Translations under genes and position numbers: made by a program
NCBI RefSeq assembly: GCF_001194135.2
Contig: NC_068987.1
Coordinates: 29,954,091-30,018,090 of the forward strand
Length of the DNA: 64,000 bases
Direction of reading: 5' to 3'
DNA from: Octopus bimaculoides
Taxonomy: Eukaryota
The notes under the pieces: model-generated
Seen by the model: the letters and a program-made list of their open reading frames with translations, nothing else
What the model was told of the DNA's origin: nothing
The model's database searches: none
Shown here: piece by piece, positions 13,011 to 26,021 of the stretch
Position numbering within the stretch: position 1 is the first letter of the stretch
Layout: each line of letters begins with the position of its first letter

Positions 13011-13173
13011 TCATCATCATCGTTTAACGTCTGCTTTCCATGCTAGCATGGGTTGGACGATTTGACTGAGGACTGGTGAACCAGATGGCTACACCAGGCT
13101 CCAATCTGATTTGGCAGAGTTTCTACAGCTGGATGCCCTTCCTAATGCCAACCACTCCGAGAGTGTAGTGGGT
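13011..13173 (-). mobile_element. Family C 3' fragment
   Basis: CATCATCATCGTTTAACGTCTGCTTTCCATGCTAGC... matches other family C copies. Confidence 0.85.
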
Positions 13174-16100
13174 ACATCCTTTATATATCATATTTTGGGT
13201 GGATGTTGTAGTTGATCTTGTTTTCACACTGCTAACCACTCTACTATGAAATAGCTGTACAACTTGTTCCTTGTCAGGTGTGTGTGTGTGTGTGTGTGTG
13301 TATAAAAAAAAGAAGAAAAGCACACCAAAATAATGAGCTTGCAGAAATCCTGTCCATAGTTTAATGACAGTTAACTTTCTGAACCTGATGGGTCTCATCA
13401 GCCATCATCATTTAGCATCTGTTTTCCATTCTGGCATGAGTAAGGCATTTTGACTAGAGCTGGTAAGCTGGACCAGACTACAGTCTGTTTTGGCTTAGTT
13501 TCTATGACTGGATGCCTTTTCTTACACCAACCACTCCACAGAGTTTACTGGATGTCTCTTATGTGTCACCAGAACGGGTGCCTTTTACATGTCACAGGCA
13601 CCTTTCATGTGTCACCAGTACAGGCTATGACTACAATTTCACTTAGCTTGATGTGTTCTCTCAAGCTCAGCAAATTGCCAAAGGCCTCGGTCGCTTATCA
13701 TCGCCTCCAAAAATTTTTTATCAAACTTGCTAAAATCAAAGATAAAGCCAAACGCAATGGAATTTGAAGTTAGGACTTAAAGGGATGTAACTAGATCCCA
13801 AATGTTGTTTCATTTGATGCTCTACCAATTCTGCCACTCATTGACTTGCGTTTTTAACTCCAGATTTAGTAATAAGAGAGCTAAACAGCTGAAAGTCTTT
13901 AGAGGAGCCTCCCCATCCCTTCAGACCTTAACTTCTTCCACTATCTAGGGGCCAGGCCACATCCAGGTCATTTCTTCTGAGTACCTCTGTTGCCACATTC
14001 TGAACTATAGTCTGCATTGCATTCTTTTTGGACGGTTAAAGTGCTCCAGATCTTGGGGTGCTGTGACCAGTTCAGTGAAAGATACCAGTTGACTGTTGGC
14101 AAATTATGCCTCACCCTTTATAACCAGACAAGATTCTTCATTCATTTCATGGGTTTTGCTTCATAGTTGGCTGCCCTTCCTGTGGGCTAACCCTAACAGT
14201 CTTTTTTAACTAGGAAGTTCATTCTGTTTGTTTTCAAAAGCACAGAGCTGCCAGTCTGTTTGTTGACAGAGAAATGTTAACAGAATGCACTTTCTGTAAG
14301 TCAGTGGTTTACACACACATGCAATTTGGAAACATTCACGCACACATACATATACACAGACATGTATACACACATATATATAAACACGCACACACACACA
14401 TATATACACACAAACATGTATAGACACACACACAAAAGTTTTGTACAGGCTTTCAACCACAACATTTTTCCCAAGGTGTGGCACAGTGGGACTAAACTCA
14501 AGACCACATAGTCGCAAATTGAATTTCTTAATTACACAGCCATGCTTCTACCAATTGAAAGTAAAAGTCTGTTTAAACAAAGAATTGACACCTAGAACAA
14601 ATTCATCTTGTGAAGACTTCTTTAAGTCATGGAGAATTTAAAAGGCAACTCCATATTCTGATATGAAGAAACATGTTTGTTATATAATAAGATATTAAAT
14701 TTATCTTTAATTTTAGTTTTTTTTTTAAAGTAATAACATTGAAGCATTACCTCAATTTAGCCAAGGTCAGCTTTCTTGCATACTTCTGGAGGATCATAAA
14801 TAGTAGTACCATTCTAGACTGGTTGACTGGTGGAATTGTTGGAGCACCAGGTGGAATGCCTTGTGATACTTATTCCAGTTTGTGTTCTTAGCACAAACTC
14901 TACCAGTCTCCTACTTGGAGGTAGGTTTAACACCACTACCTGGTCTTTGGTCGCCTTTTAGTAGTGTTCACTCTTAAATGCTAGCATCCAGGCCAAGTCT
15001 CCGTTTCAAGGATTCCCTCCTTCCTCTCTCCCTCTCTGCCACAAATCTTAGAAGCCATGAAAAGGGTCGTAAGTACAGCCCTTTGAAATGACTGTAAGAC
15101 AAAAAGAAAACCCAAATATTTTTGACAAGCTATGAGATGTTGATGCTTTGACATATTTTGCATGATTGATGTTGTGTGTGTATGGTGGGGGAGAATTATG
15201 AGAATTGTCATTAATCTCTGGTGTAATTCCGAATCAATCAGATTTATGATCAAAGGTATTTCAACCTTGGCCATCCTATCTTTTACTGTTTCTTGGACCA
15301 CATTATACACCATGCCAGTCCTTGTTTAACCCTTTTGATGTCAACCCACCTGGAACTTTGCCTGGTTCTAAGATACAATCTCCCTGTTATGAAGTGATCC
15401 TCACTAAAACCTTCCATCAAAATTTCAATTTTTGTTCCAAGTATCATCTTCATAATGACAAGATTATTTTAATAAATTCATGTGTAATAGACTGTGTATT
15501 TCAACAGGAATATCGTAATGAAAGGATTAAAATGGTAGAGTATAATTTGAATGAAATTTGCCTGTTCATTGTAGTAAATCAAGTTATTATTACTTAGAAC
15601 AGCAATTTTCATCCTTTAATACTCTGGGTTCAGTCCCACTGTGTGGCACCTTGAGCAAGTGTCTTCTCTAAGTTAATAATTAACTCGGACAAAATAAATT
15701 GGTTAATAGATACCAGGGTAGCAAAGATCACAAAATGACTGTGGTGTAACTCTTGTTTATGAGGTAGAAACTCCTTGTTATTTTGGGTACTTGAGTAAAT
15801 ATATAAATTTAGTAAATGGAGTAAAACGCATGTTAAATGAATTCTTATATGTTAAATGAATTCATTTAACATGCATGTGTCTGTGTTTGTCCCCCATCAC
15901 TGGTGTTGGTTTGTTTATGTCCCCATAACTTAGCAGTTCAGCAAAAGACACCAATAGAATAAGTACCAGGCTTAGCAAAAAAATTAAGTATTAGGGTTAG
16001 TTCATTCAACTAATAATTCTTCAGGGTGGTGCCCCATCGTGGCCGCAGCCTAATGACTGAGACAAGTAAAAGATGATTCATGGAGGTGTGGCAAATTTGA

Positions 16101-16690
16101 AGAATATGGAATCAAAGGCAGCAAATTGGCAGGGTAACAACATAAGACATTAGTTTGTGTATTTGCTCCAGTTCACTGCACTTTGAGTTCAGATCATGCC
16201 ACAATCATCTTTGACTTTTGTCCCTTCAGGGTCAACAAAATAAATTAACAATCCAAAGCAGTGGATGACTGGAATTGTTTGCTCATTAGGTGATATACCT
16301 TGTGGTAATTGTTCCATTTGTTTGTGTTCTTAATTCTTGGGTGGTAGACATAATCCCTCACCCAGTTTAACAATAGCACCACCTGGTACTTGGTTGCCTT
16401 TAGTGCACCAAACTCTTTTAAGCATTCAGAGATATTATCATCATTATCATTTCAATATCCACTTTACCATGCTTGCATGGATTGGGCAGAGCTTACTGAG
16501 GCACATTTCCTATAGCCGGAAGCCCTCCCAGACACCAACCCTTATCTGCTTCCAAGTAAGGTAATATCTGCCCTCTAGCCAAACATGTTCTTGCTGAATA
16601 CTGCAAATGAATGACTATGCATGATTGACTGTGAGAACCATTCACAATTATGACAGTGTCAAGACAAGGAGAGAGAGAGACACGCACGCA

Positions 16691-16723
<33 letters not shown>

Positions 16724-17131
16724 NNNNNNNNNNGCACGCAGACACACACACACACACACACACACACGATGGGCTTCTTCCAGTTCCCGTTTATCAAATC
16801 CACTCGCAAGGCATTGATTTGGCTGGCCCAAGGCTATAGCAGAAGACACTTGCCCATAGTGCCATGCAATATAACTGATGTGGCTTGGAAACAAACTTCT
16901 TACCATACAACCATATCTGTATGGTCTCCGTTTTGAACATAACTATCCTCCTTCCTTTCCACCCCAACACCCCTATCTTGTAAGGATTTGAAGAAAAATG
17001 GTAATTTGATGCCATATTTTTATTCTTGATTAAATAGTAAAAGAAAAATAAATAAACTGACACCTGCATGTTCAGTAAGCAGTTGATTGTGTGGAAAAAC
17101 AACTCAAAGAACCTCCATACGGTTGATCAAT

Positions 17132-17513
17132 TGTTGGCACTCTGTTGCTTACGACGTCGAGGGTTCCAGTTGATCCAATCAATGGAACAGCCTGCTCGTG
17201 AAATTAACGTGCAAGTGGCTGAGCACTCCACAGACACGTGTGCCCTTAACGTAGTTCTCGGGGATATTCAGCATGACACAGTGTGACAAGGCTGGCCCTT
17301 TGAATTACAGGAACAACAGAAACAGGAAGTAAGAGTGAGAGAAAGTTGTGGTGAAAGAGTACAGCAGGGTTCACCACCATCCCCTGCTGGAGCTTCATGG
17401 AGCTTTAGGTGTTTTCGCTCAATAAACACTCAGAACGCACGGTGTGGGAATCGAAACCGCGATCCTATGACCACAAGTCCACTGCCCTAACCACTGGGCC
17501 ATTGCGCCTCCAC
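17132..17513 (-). mobile_element. tRNA-derived SINE family D, full length
   Basis: Sense head GTGGAGGCGCAATGGCCCAGTGGTTAGGG with B-box-like TTTCGATTCC and a CAA tail. 11-bp TSD GGTT(G/A)ATCAAT at 17121-17131 and 17514-17524. Confidence 0.9.
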
Positions 17514-18329
17514 GGTTAATCAATATACTGGAAGTAACAGCCAAATCTTATTTAGTGTTGTAGTAATAAGACTGGATGGTCATGGCTGAAATGCCTTTAA
17601 TTGTAGGTCTGCCTATTGTGAGCAGACTTAAAATAAAACAATAACAATAACATGTTTGTTGTAATGTATATGTTTTATATATAACATATATGTATGTATT
17701 TATTTTAAATAAATAGCAAAAATATATAACAAACTGAACTGTTGGAGGGTGTGTCGACTTTGTTATGCATAAGCATGATTATTGTATAAAGCTTAACCAC
17801 CTTAATTCATGAATAAATGATTGACATTCATGTATGTTTTTGTGAAGCAGGCTCTTAGGATTTAATACTTTGCCACCTTCTGAGTGTGTGAGTATGTGTG
17901 TGTGTGTGTGTTAATTAATGTTTTCATGTCAAGTTATAATAAAAGCAATTTAGCATATCAAAACTTCAAATTGTTACCTCTCTTCTTATGCACACACACA
18001 CACACACACACACGCACACATATAACTCCAAATGTGGAAAGTAAACTTCAAATTGAAAGGTCTCAGTAGATTTAGCACAAATTATGATGTTAATAAGCTG
18101 GAAATAACACAGGATTTTGATAGCTTCAGGCAAATGGCTGTTCTCGGTATGAGGAAGAGGTGTAGGTATGAGCTTCAACTGCTGTGCCCAATGTAAGCTA
18201 TGGACGCATGAGAGGTGTAGTGGAATCAGAGGCAGACTATGAGAGAATGTAAGATTCATATGTGATAGATGCAGTGGAGCAATACTGGAAGACCTGTCAA
18301 ACCAAGTGAAATTGTATTCGTCGCTGATG

Positions 18330-18532
18330 CTGATGTTGCATAACTGGCATCTGTGCCAGTGGCACATAAAAAAAAACACCCACTACACTCTTGGATTGGT
18401 TGGCATCAGGAAGGGCATCCAGTCGTTGAAACCATGCCAAATCAGATTGGAGCCTAGTGCGGTACCCCAGTTTGCCAGTCAAACTGTTCAACCCATGCCA
18501 GCATGGAAAATGGATGTTAAATGATGATGATG
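18330..18532 (+). mobile_element. Family C 3' fragment
   Basis: AGGAAGGGCATCCAG...GCATGGAAAATGGATGTTAAATGATGATGATG. Confidence 0.8.
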
Positions 18533-19106
18533 CAGAAGTTAGATTCAACAATGGCACAAATGCATTATTTGTGATGAAGACTGTTGAGTATTACCTTTGT
18601 ATAGACTTAGGGTTACTCTATAAACATGGGCAATTCAAACAACTTGTATCAGTTAATAAAAAAAAAGTTAAGCCCACTTTTGAATTACTTTCTGTCCAAC
18701 CCTCACACAAGCCATCTGTTGGGTTTCCACTCAGTTACTGTCTTACAAAGTTTTGGTCAACTTGAGTCTATAAGAGACACTGGCTTGAAATACCACAAAG
18801 TGGAATTGAACTTAAAATTGTGTTTGGGTAAGAATCCTCTTAACCACATAACCAAGACTGTACTTAATACTGTAATATTTGTATTGTAAATTTGTGTTTG
18901 TTTGTATTTTTGTTGTTGTTATGATCTGTATCCCTTGCTCTTGTCTGCTGTGGATGTTTTGACGAGTAACGTAACATTCGTTTATGTGGGTTTGTCTCTT
19001 ATGTAAATTGCCAAACCAACCCCTTCCCACCATGTGTTAAGAATTAGAACATTTAGGAAGGATAATGAGCCCTTTGTGTATTGTGTCACTTCTTTATGTT
19101 GTGCAG

Positions 19107-19193
19107 GTCTGACTGAAAAACATGCAGGAAAACAAATGCTGATGAGTGCACACCACTTTGATATTTCATTAGGAGCACTGGCTGGGGCCAAGA
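19107..19193 (+). CDS. 87-nt symmetric phase-1 exon 4 (GLTEKHAGKQMLMSAHHFDISLGALAGAK)
   Basis: Acceptor TCTTTATGTTGTGCAG and donor AGA|GTAAGT. Open, and in phase with the flanking exons. Confidence 0.65.
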
Positions 19194-19390
19194 GTAAGTA
19201 ACAACACAAGACATACACATCTACATACACACACACACACACACATAGTGACCCCCCCACACACACACACATACACATACATGCATATAACTATAGACTA
19301 TTGAGGTTTGTTTCCATTTATTTATTTTTTATTTATTTATTAATTTTTTTAACCCGTGTCACAGTCCTGATCATAGTTGATATTTTAAAT

Positions 19391-19903
19391 CAGGGGTTCT
19401 CAACCATTTTTTATCCATAACCCCTTTGATTACTATTTTATTCTGGTGGACCCCATAGCCATTCGATGTCTTAGATAATATATATTTATAAGTAACATAA
19501 CTTTTACTTGCTTTAGTCATTGGAATGCAGACATAGTAGGGAACTAACTTAAGGTTTAGTTCAGGGGTTCTCGACCATTTTCTTTATATCTATGGACCCC
19601 TGTGGTGGATCGCTATAGCCATTCTATGTTTAAAAACTAGTTTCATAGAAACTTCTTTCAAAATTCCTATTTTGCTTTTCACACATTAACTTGTGTAGGT
19701 TGGACTATGTCAAATGTTAGAGAAAGAAACCTAGCTGTTACTTGCAATACCTACCAATCCATATATCTGAAGCAAAATCTTTTCAGGGGCCCTTAAAATA
19801 CTATTATGGATCCCCAACCCCAATTTACTATTCCATTGCATGGACCTCCAAAAATCTTATACAGCGCCTCAGGTGCCATATAGACCCCAGTTGAAAATCA
19901 CTG
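19391..19903. mobile_element. hAT (Charlie-like) MITE with an internal duplicate of its left end at about 19562
   Basis: TIRs CAGGGGTTCTCAACC and CAGTTGAAAATCACTG. 8-bp TSD (T/C)TTTAAAT at 19383-19390 and 19904-19911. Confidence 0.8.
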
Positions 19904-20974
19904 CTTTAAATGTTAAAGTTATTTTAAGAATAAGAACAGAACATTTATTGATTGGGTGACTGACTCAATACTGAAAAGTAGAGTCAAATTTATTGTAAAG
20001 TTCCAGTTAAATGGGATTTTGAGTTTCACCTGTCAGCTTAGACAACCAGATAATATTATAAATGGGAATCTCTCTCTTTCTCTCTCCCAATTTAATTTAA
20101 TTTTTCAACAAATCACAATGATCTTGGGACCAATGTGTTCTGCTCTGGTTTATTTGTAATAAAACAAAGCAAGATTATCTCTCTCATGGTCAAGATGTTG
20201 TATGATGCTTTTTGTAAACAATAGTGCTATTGGTTACTGATTTTCAATGGGCTGATTAGCAGTGCACCAAAATTTTGACAAAAAGAGGGACAAAGTACTG
20301 CCTGTGCAATTCAGGCAGAACAAATACCACAAGGTATTTATATTTGAAATCACTAGTTGCTTCAGTTTACCTGCCCGTGTCTACTTTTAGTGACGTACAT
20401 GACTGAAGGACATGTACACATGCCCATATGCAGGCAATGGACCTCTTCACAGTTTCTGTCTATCTAGTTCCACCCAAAAGGCCAACTCAAAGGTTATGGT
20501 AGATGACATTTACCCATGGTGTTGTGCAGTGAGATTGAACACTGAACCATGAGTTTGTAAAGCAAACTTCTTAAACCCACATCCATGTTATTTTTAAGTA
20601 ACTTTCCAAGAAAAAATAAGCATACTTATTACCTACCTACATAGATCAGAAGAGTTGAATGAGACAATGTGAAATTAAGCTTCTTCTCTAGAAAGTAACT
20701 AAATGCTTGTTGTGGATTTGAACCTATGGTACACAGGCTTACAATCTTTTACCTTGCCCACTCAATGAGTTTACCTTTGTAATTTCCTTTTCTTTAGATG
20801 AAATTAAGAATTATCTAGACTATCAGGACATTTAGTAATTCAGTTCAACAACAACAAAACAAAACTTGCCAAAATTAACCAGCGTTTGTGATGTTTTAAA
20901 TTCTACTAACTGGGTGGTATTTTAAATTATACTAATTACTATCATCATTGTCATCATCATCATCATCATCATCA

Positions 20975-21620
20975 TCTGCATACCAGGTACCTTTGACAGA
21001 ATCAGCTTTGAGAACCTGATCATGAGAATGTAGGAAGTCCCATGTATGATCAAATTTAAGCTCCTCTATTATGGCCTGGAGATCTTACACAGAGAGGCGC
21101 TGAGAATCAAACCCTGTTGGACACCTACCTGCAGATTAAATTCCTCAGTGAACTCATTGCTAACTCTCACCTGTGACTCTTACAAATCTTTTAACTACAT
21201 TTAGTTTTGTTAGCAACCACCAGATTCTAGAGCTTGGTACCCTGTCAAAGCCTTCTCTAAATGAATAAATGCTAGCTTCAGTGGCTTGTTCTCTTGTAGT
21301 TACCCCACTAAGAAGAGATCATCTGTAGTACCTCATTCTGACACAATCCCAAAGAGGATTTCATCTAATTCAATTCTTTTCCTAATCAATTCTGCTCTAA
21401 CACTTTCTATTACTTTCATCAACTTGGTTCATCCACTTGATGCCTCTATGGATGCTTCTTTCTACAACCTTTTGTTTTTTCTTGTAGCAATTAATGATAC
21501 TGTTATGCCAATCATTGAGTATGACACCTTCCTATACCACCTGATGGAATACATATTCAATTGTGCATACTCTAATTTTGTAGATATTTTCATCATTTCA
21601 GCGACTATCCCTCATGGTCC
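20975..21620 (-). pseudogene. RTE-clade LINE reverse transcriptase remnant
   Basis: Decayed motifs LAFIHLEKAFDRVP, GTTDDLF, VRVSNEFTEEFNLQVGVQQG and WDFLHSHDQVLKADS (equivalent to WELLYADDLVLIAES). Confidence 0.85.
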
Positions 21621-21672
21621 AGCTGCCTCCCCTGCACTCTTATCCTTAATCATGCTTTTGACCATTTCAGTT

Positions 21673-21875
21673 ACTCTATTTTTACTTGTTTCAGTCATCT
21701 GACTGCGGCCATGCTGGAGCATCACCTTTAGTCGAGAAAATCGACCCCAGGACTTATTCTTTGTAAGCCTAGTACTTATTCTATCGGTCTCTTTTGCCAA
21801 ACCGCTAAGTTACAGGGGCGTAAACACCAGCATTGCTTGTCAAGTGATGGTGGGGGGACAAACACAGACACAAAA

Positions 21876-21909
<34 letters not shown>

Positions 21910-22079
21910 CTACATATATACGACGGGCTTCTTTCAGTTTCCATCTCCCAAATCTATTCACAAGGCTTTGGTCGGCCCGAGGTTATAGTAGAAGACACTT
22001 GCCCAAGGTGCCACGCAGTGGGACTGAACCCGTAACCATGTGGTTAGTAAGCAAGCTACTTACCACACAGCCACTCCTG
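21673..22079 (-). mobile_element. tRNA-derived SINE family A (bipartite, internal TA/TG microsatellite)
   Basis: Sense head CAGGAGTGGCTGTGTGGTAAGTAGCTTGCTTAC...GGGTTCAGTCCC (A/B boxes). At least eight copies in the window. Confidence 0.9.
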
Positions 22080-22350
22080 TCAATTTCTGTAGCTATTCCT
22101 ACTAATTTCTTTATTTCAAGTAGCCCTTCCTTCTCTCCCAAGTATTCTCTTATCATCATCATCATCATCATCATCATACGTCCATTTTCCATGATGGCAT
22201 GGATTAGATGGTTTGACCGGAGCTGGAGACTGTACCAAGCTCCGGTCTGTTTTGGTTTGGTTTCTGTGGCTGGATACACAACAACTTCTTGTAATAGCAT
22301 GTTCATGTGTGTACTGCTATCATTCCGTACACACTTTTCCTCAACAACAT

Positions 22351-22630
22351 CATCATCATCATCATCGTTTAACATCTGCTTTCCATGCTAGCATGGGTTG
22401 GACGATTTGACTGAGGACTGGTGAAACCGGATGGCAACACCAGGCTCCAATCTGATTTGGCAGAGTTTCTACAGCTGGATGCCCTTCTTAACGCCAACCA
22501 CTCAGAGAGTGTAGTGGGTGCTTTTACGTGTCACCCGCACGAAGGCCAGTCAGGCAGTACTGGCAACGGCCATGCTCAAAATGGTGCATTTTATGTGCCA
22601 CCTGCACAAGAGCCAGTCCAGGGGCACTAA
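22351..22630 (-). mobile_element. Family C fragment
   Basis: Matches 6716-7000. Confidence 0.85.
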
Positions 22631-23003
22631 TAGTTTAATTTGCACTGACACCATACTTTGCAGCCCAGAATACCTCATTTCACTGATTCCCTGTCAATGA
22701 ACATTACCAAACTTCATACTTTCAGCTTTCCTTCATGCTGCTTGTACCTGACGTCTAGCTTCTCTTTTCCTACCATCTTCCAAGTCTTTCCTGAGCTATC
22801 TCTTAGCTTCTATGACTCTAGCTACTGTGTCATTCACCCTACCATCATGTTAACCTTGTTTCATTCTCAGATCTTGTCTGTAACTTGCAGCATTTTATCC
22901 TGTAAAAAATGTGAATTGTTCTGACTCCTCCTCCTTTTGGATGTATTTGTCACCTAGGACTTCTTTCAGTCTACATCTGCAGAGAAATCTTTCAGCTTAC
23001 ATA

Positions 23004-23867
23004 TGAGATGGTATCAAAAGGTTCCTGAACTAGTTATATTTAATAAAAAGTAGCTTTAACATCATCTTCTTCGAAATAGTCAACTTGTGCAGCACTACAC
23101 CGGTCCCAGCATTCCTGCCACTTTTTGAACCCAGCCTGAAAGTTGTTTTCTGTAAGTCAATTGAGGACCTTCTGTCATTCACTCTGGATCTCGACAATGG
23201 TGTTAAAACAGCAACCTTTGAGCTGCATTTGCATCAAGGGGAAGGGATGTGAGTCTACAAGTGAATAGGGCAGGTGCAGAAGCAATACCATGTTGTTTTC
23301 GGCAAGAAACTCATGAGTGAGGAGAGCTTATTGAAGAATCCAGTTCTTTGCATTCCACAGATATGGTTGCTTTCGCTGAATATTCTCCCTCAAGCACTTC
23401 AAAATGTCACAGTAGAACTCTTGATTGATGGTCTGGCCTGGTAGGGGTACAAGTTCTCGATGCATGATACCACTTTTTGGGGGTGATGCTTTTGGTAGGT
23501 CTTCCTGATAGTTCATCGCCTTTCAGGGATTTTCTTCTGCTTTTGAAGCATCTGTGCCACTCGAAACATTATGTATGACCCATTGCCTCATCACCATAAG
23601 CTTGCCAAAGCATGCTCAATGTCTCTGTAGCAGACTTCCCAAGTCTAATGCAAAATTTCACATTGGCTCTTTGTTCCTGCCCAAGACAAAATTGCAGACT
23701 ACAGTCTACATTTGATCACAAAAACACAAATTTAAGTAAACACAGCAATGTCACTTGGCACACTGCCTCATGAAGATCACTGCTATTTCTCACTGTGCAC
23801 ACAACCGTGTGCTGCCATTTGTTGGTGCGCTACAGAACTAGTCCAGGAACTTTTTGATACCATCTTG
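23004..23867 (-). mobile_element. Internally deleted mariner element with both TIRs and TA target duplication
   Basis: TA|TGAGATGGTATCAAAAGGTTCCTGAACTAGT and ACTAGTCCAGGAACTTTTTGATACCATCTTG|TA. Translation contains GQTINQEFYCDILKCLRENIQRKQPYLWNAKNWIL. Confidence 0.9.
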
Positions 23868-24644
23868 TACATTCCTTCTCCAGATCATTCTAAGTCTGTA
23901 AATCTGATTAACTCTTATCCTACAGTAGCCGACTACTAGTCTATGTTGAGTGGTACACTTCACAGGGGGAACTGACTTGGTATTCACAAACAGTTGCTTA
24001 TCCCATTTCCTGATGAGTATAAGTCTATTTCACATGTGTGTGTTCATGATTGGCAAGTAATCAAAGTTCCTTAATGATGGTTTTGCAAATGGTTGTCATT
24101 TGCTCCACCAAACTCAAGAGCCTAGATGATATTTTAAAATAATCAGATTATACTAAATTGCATGAAATAAAATATATTAACTGTGTGATTTTATAAATTA
24201 TGTTAATGGAGTGATATTTCAAATTATTCTAACCTAAGCAAAAAATATTTTCTGCTAAAATACCTCAATTCTTCATAAGATGAACAGATAAAAAATAAAT
24301 TCCCATTAGCTAACTGCTAATAGCTTGAGTTTATTTATATTAACATTAACTGCTATATTTTCATAATTGATGCTAACAGCTATACTGTATTGTTCCCAGT
24401 CATTGAAGTAATGTTAACCAGCATGGATATTGTTCCTGGTGATGCCACCTGTTGTATAGCATATATGTTTTTTCCTTGCTTACATGTCTGTTTGTTGTCT
24501 GTTATTCTCTGTCAGCTTGATACCCTATATGTTTGTCTGTCTGTCTCTGACTTATCGGATCTGTCTTACAAATTCTGTCTTGTTTCTATTTATCTATAAC
24601 TCCCATTGCCTTTCAACTTTCTAACTCTTCTTCTTCATCTTTAC

Positions 24645-24860
24645 CCCTTTAGCATTCAGGTTACTCTGTCAAATGTAATTCTTATTTATTCACATTGTTT
24701 GGAATTAATCATGCATTATCTCATAGCTCATGAGATTTTGATGATGTAATTGTTTATTTTTTATAATGTCATTATAGAGTGGATATAAGAGGTTGGGTTA
24801 AATACAAAATAGGTAGAATTTTTACATCTGATGTAGCCAGCCAGTTTAAATGCTAATGAG
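24645..24860. mobile_element. piggyBac-type MITE, opposite orientation to 11557
   Basis: CCCTTTAGCATTCAG...AAATGCTAATGAG. Confidence 0.7.
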
Positions 24861-25863
24861 TTCGTCTAAACTGTTTCCATACTGTTGTTTCTCTAATCCT
24901 CTCCAATTGTCTTTAACATTAACACTTTCCAGAGAATATTTCTAACCAAGAATAAATTCTTAATTTAAATGAATTTGGAGGACAAGGAATATGTGGAAGG
25001 GGAAGGTAGAGACTTATTTATTTTGCTTTGTCAGGAGGAAGGGCAGTGCTTATGAACCGTTTCAGGTTCTCCAAGACTACTGGGAGAAATTTATTCCCAA
25101 ATTGGAAACTTGGCTCAAATGCTTATAACAGAATGGAAAACTCTACAAATGCGCAACCAAAGGCCTTGTAATTGTGTTAACCGGATGATGGTTCAAGCTG
25201 GTGTTTGAAATGCAGTTAAATAAAAGTCTAATGTTTGTCTATTGGCAGTGTCATAATTTATTATAATAAGAGTCTATAAGTGATGAACCAGTCATGGGCA
25301 AACTGTAACCTTCAAGACTTTCTGAATGACATGCCAATGAAAAATTACCTTGAATTTCTTTTTTTTTTTTTGAGGCGGAGGATGATGATGCCTGATAATG
25401 AGCCATGTCTCATTTGGCCTGCTTCTTAAAAAAAGATTGCCCATGCCTGTTGTATGTAGTCATTCAACTATCAGCATATGTTGCAAGGCCTAAGAGCAGC
25501 ATTCTGTTCCAGTACGGTTTCTATTGGATACTTTTCCTAACAATAATCACTTCACACACACTGATTGTTTTTCTTCCTTGTCCAATATACTTCACTGAGG
25601 AGATATAATAAATCCAAAACATGTCCGTTCTTTAAGTTAGCACTTTTAGATTGAATGATTCAATGATTCAAAAACTTCCACTTGAATCACTACTTAGTTT
25701 CTCATCTTCATTCCTTAGGCAAGGATATCAGCTGGCATTGAAGACAACCTGGGTGGGATCTCTTGATTACAAATGGGTTAGTGACTCAGAAAGGGGAGAG
25801 GGAAATCTGGTAAGAGAATGGATGTCGTAATTATTTATAATTTTGTTTCTCTTTCTTTCATAG

Positions 25864-26021
25864 TGGCCGACAATAATTTCTGGGAGAAGAATCCTCACCG
25901 TTTTTTCAACAAAAAGAATGAATCTTTCGAACCATTAAGTATGGTAATGTTTTACAGTTGGATAGCTTTGGCTACACTGGCAGTCCTTGGAGTACTCACA
26001 CTGTTCCGGCACAGGCACCGG
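25864..26021 (+). CDS. Exon 5 (phase 1 to 0) encoding a juxtamembrane segment, TM helix and basic stop-transfer motif
   Basis: Acceptor TTTTGTTTCTCTTTCTTTCATAG and donor CGG|GTAAGA. ADNNFWEKNPHRFFNKKNESFEPLS, then hydrophobic MVMFYSWIALATLAVLGVLTLF (25941-26006), then RHRHR. Confidence 0.8.

Noticed and set aside
20955-20990. Minus strand reads TAT GCA GAT GAT (YADD) running into a (GAT)n microsatellite at the end of the RT remnant
   Set aside because: The true YADD position is about 50 nt upstream and decayed (WDFLHSHDQVLKADS). This YADD is coincidental with the repeat tail.
22409-22432. CTGAGGA CTGGT GAAA CCGG in family C
   Set aside because: No helix II, position 16.1 is not U, and no helix I.
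25289-25449. Possible small hAT MITE (CAGTCATGGGCAA...TTGCCCATGCCTG)
   Set aside because: TIR-like ends are present but the 8-bp flanks do not match, so the evidence is too weak to list as a feature.
25719-25810. Possible extra exon upstream of the TM exon
   Set aside because: The phase-1 reading hits TGA after six codons. Other phases do not join the upstream phase-1 donors, and the gene frame is complete without it.
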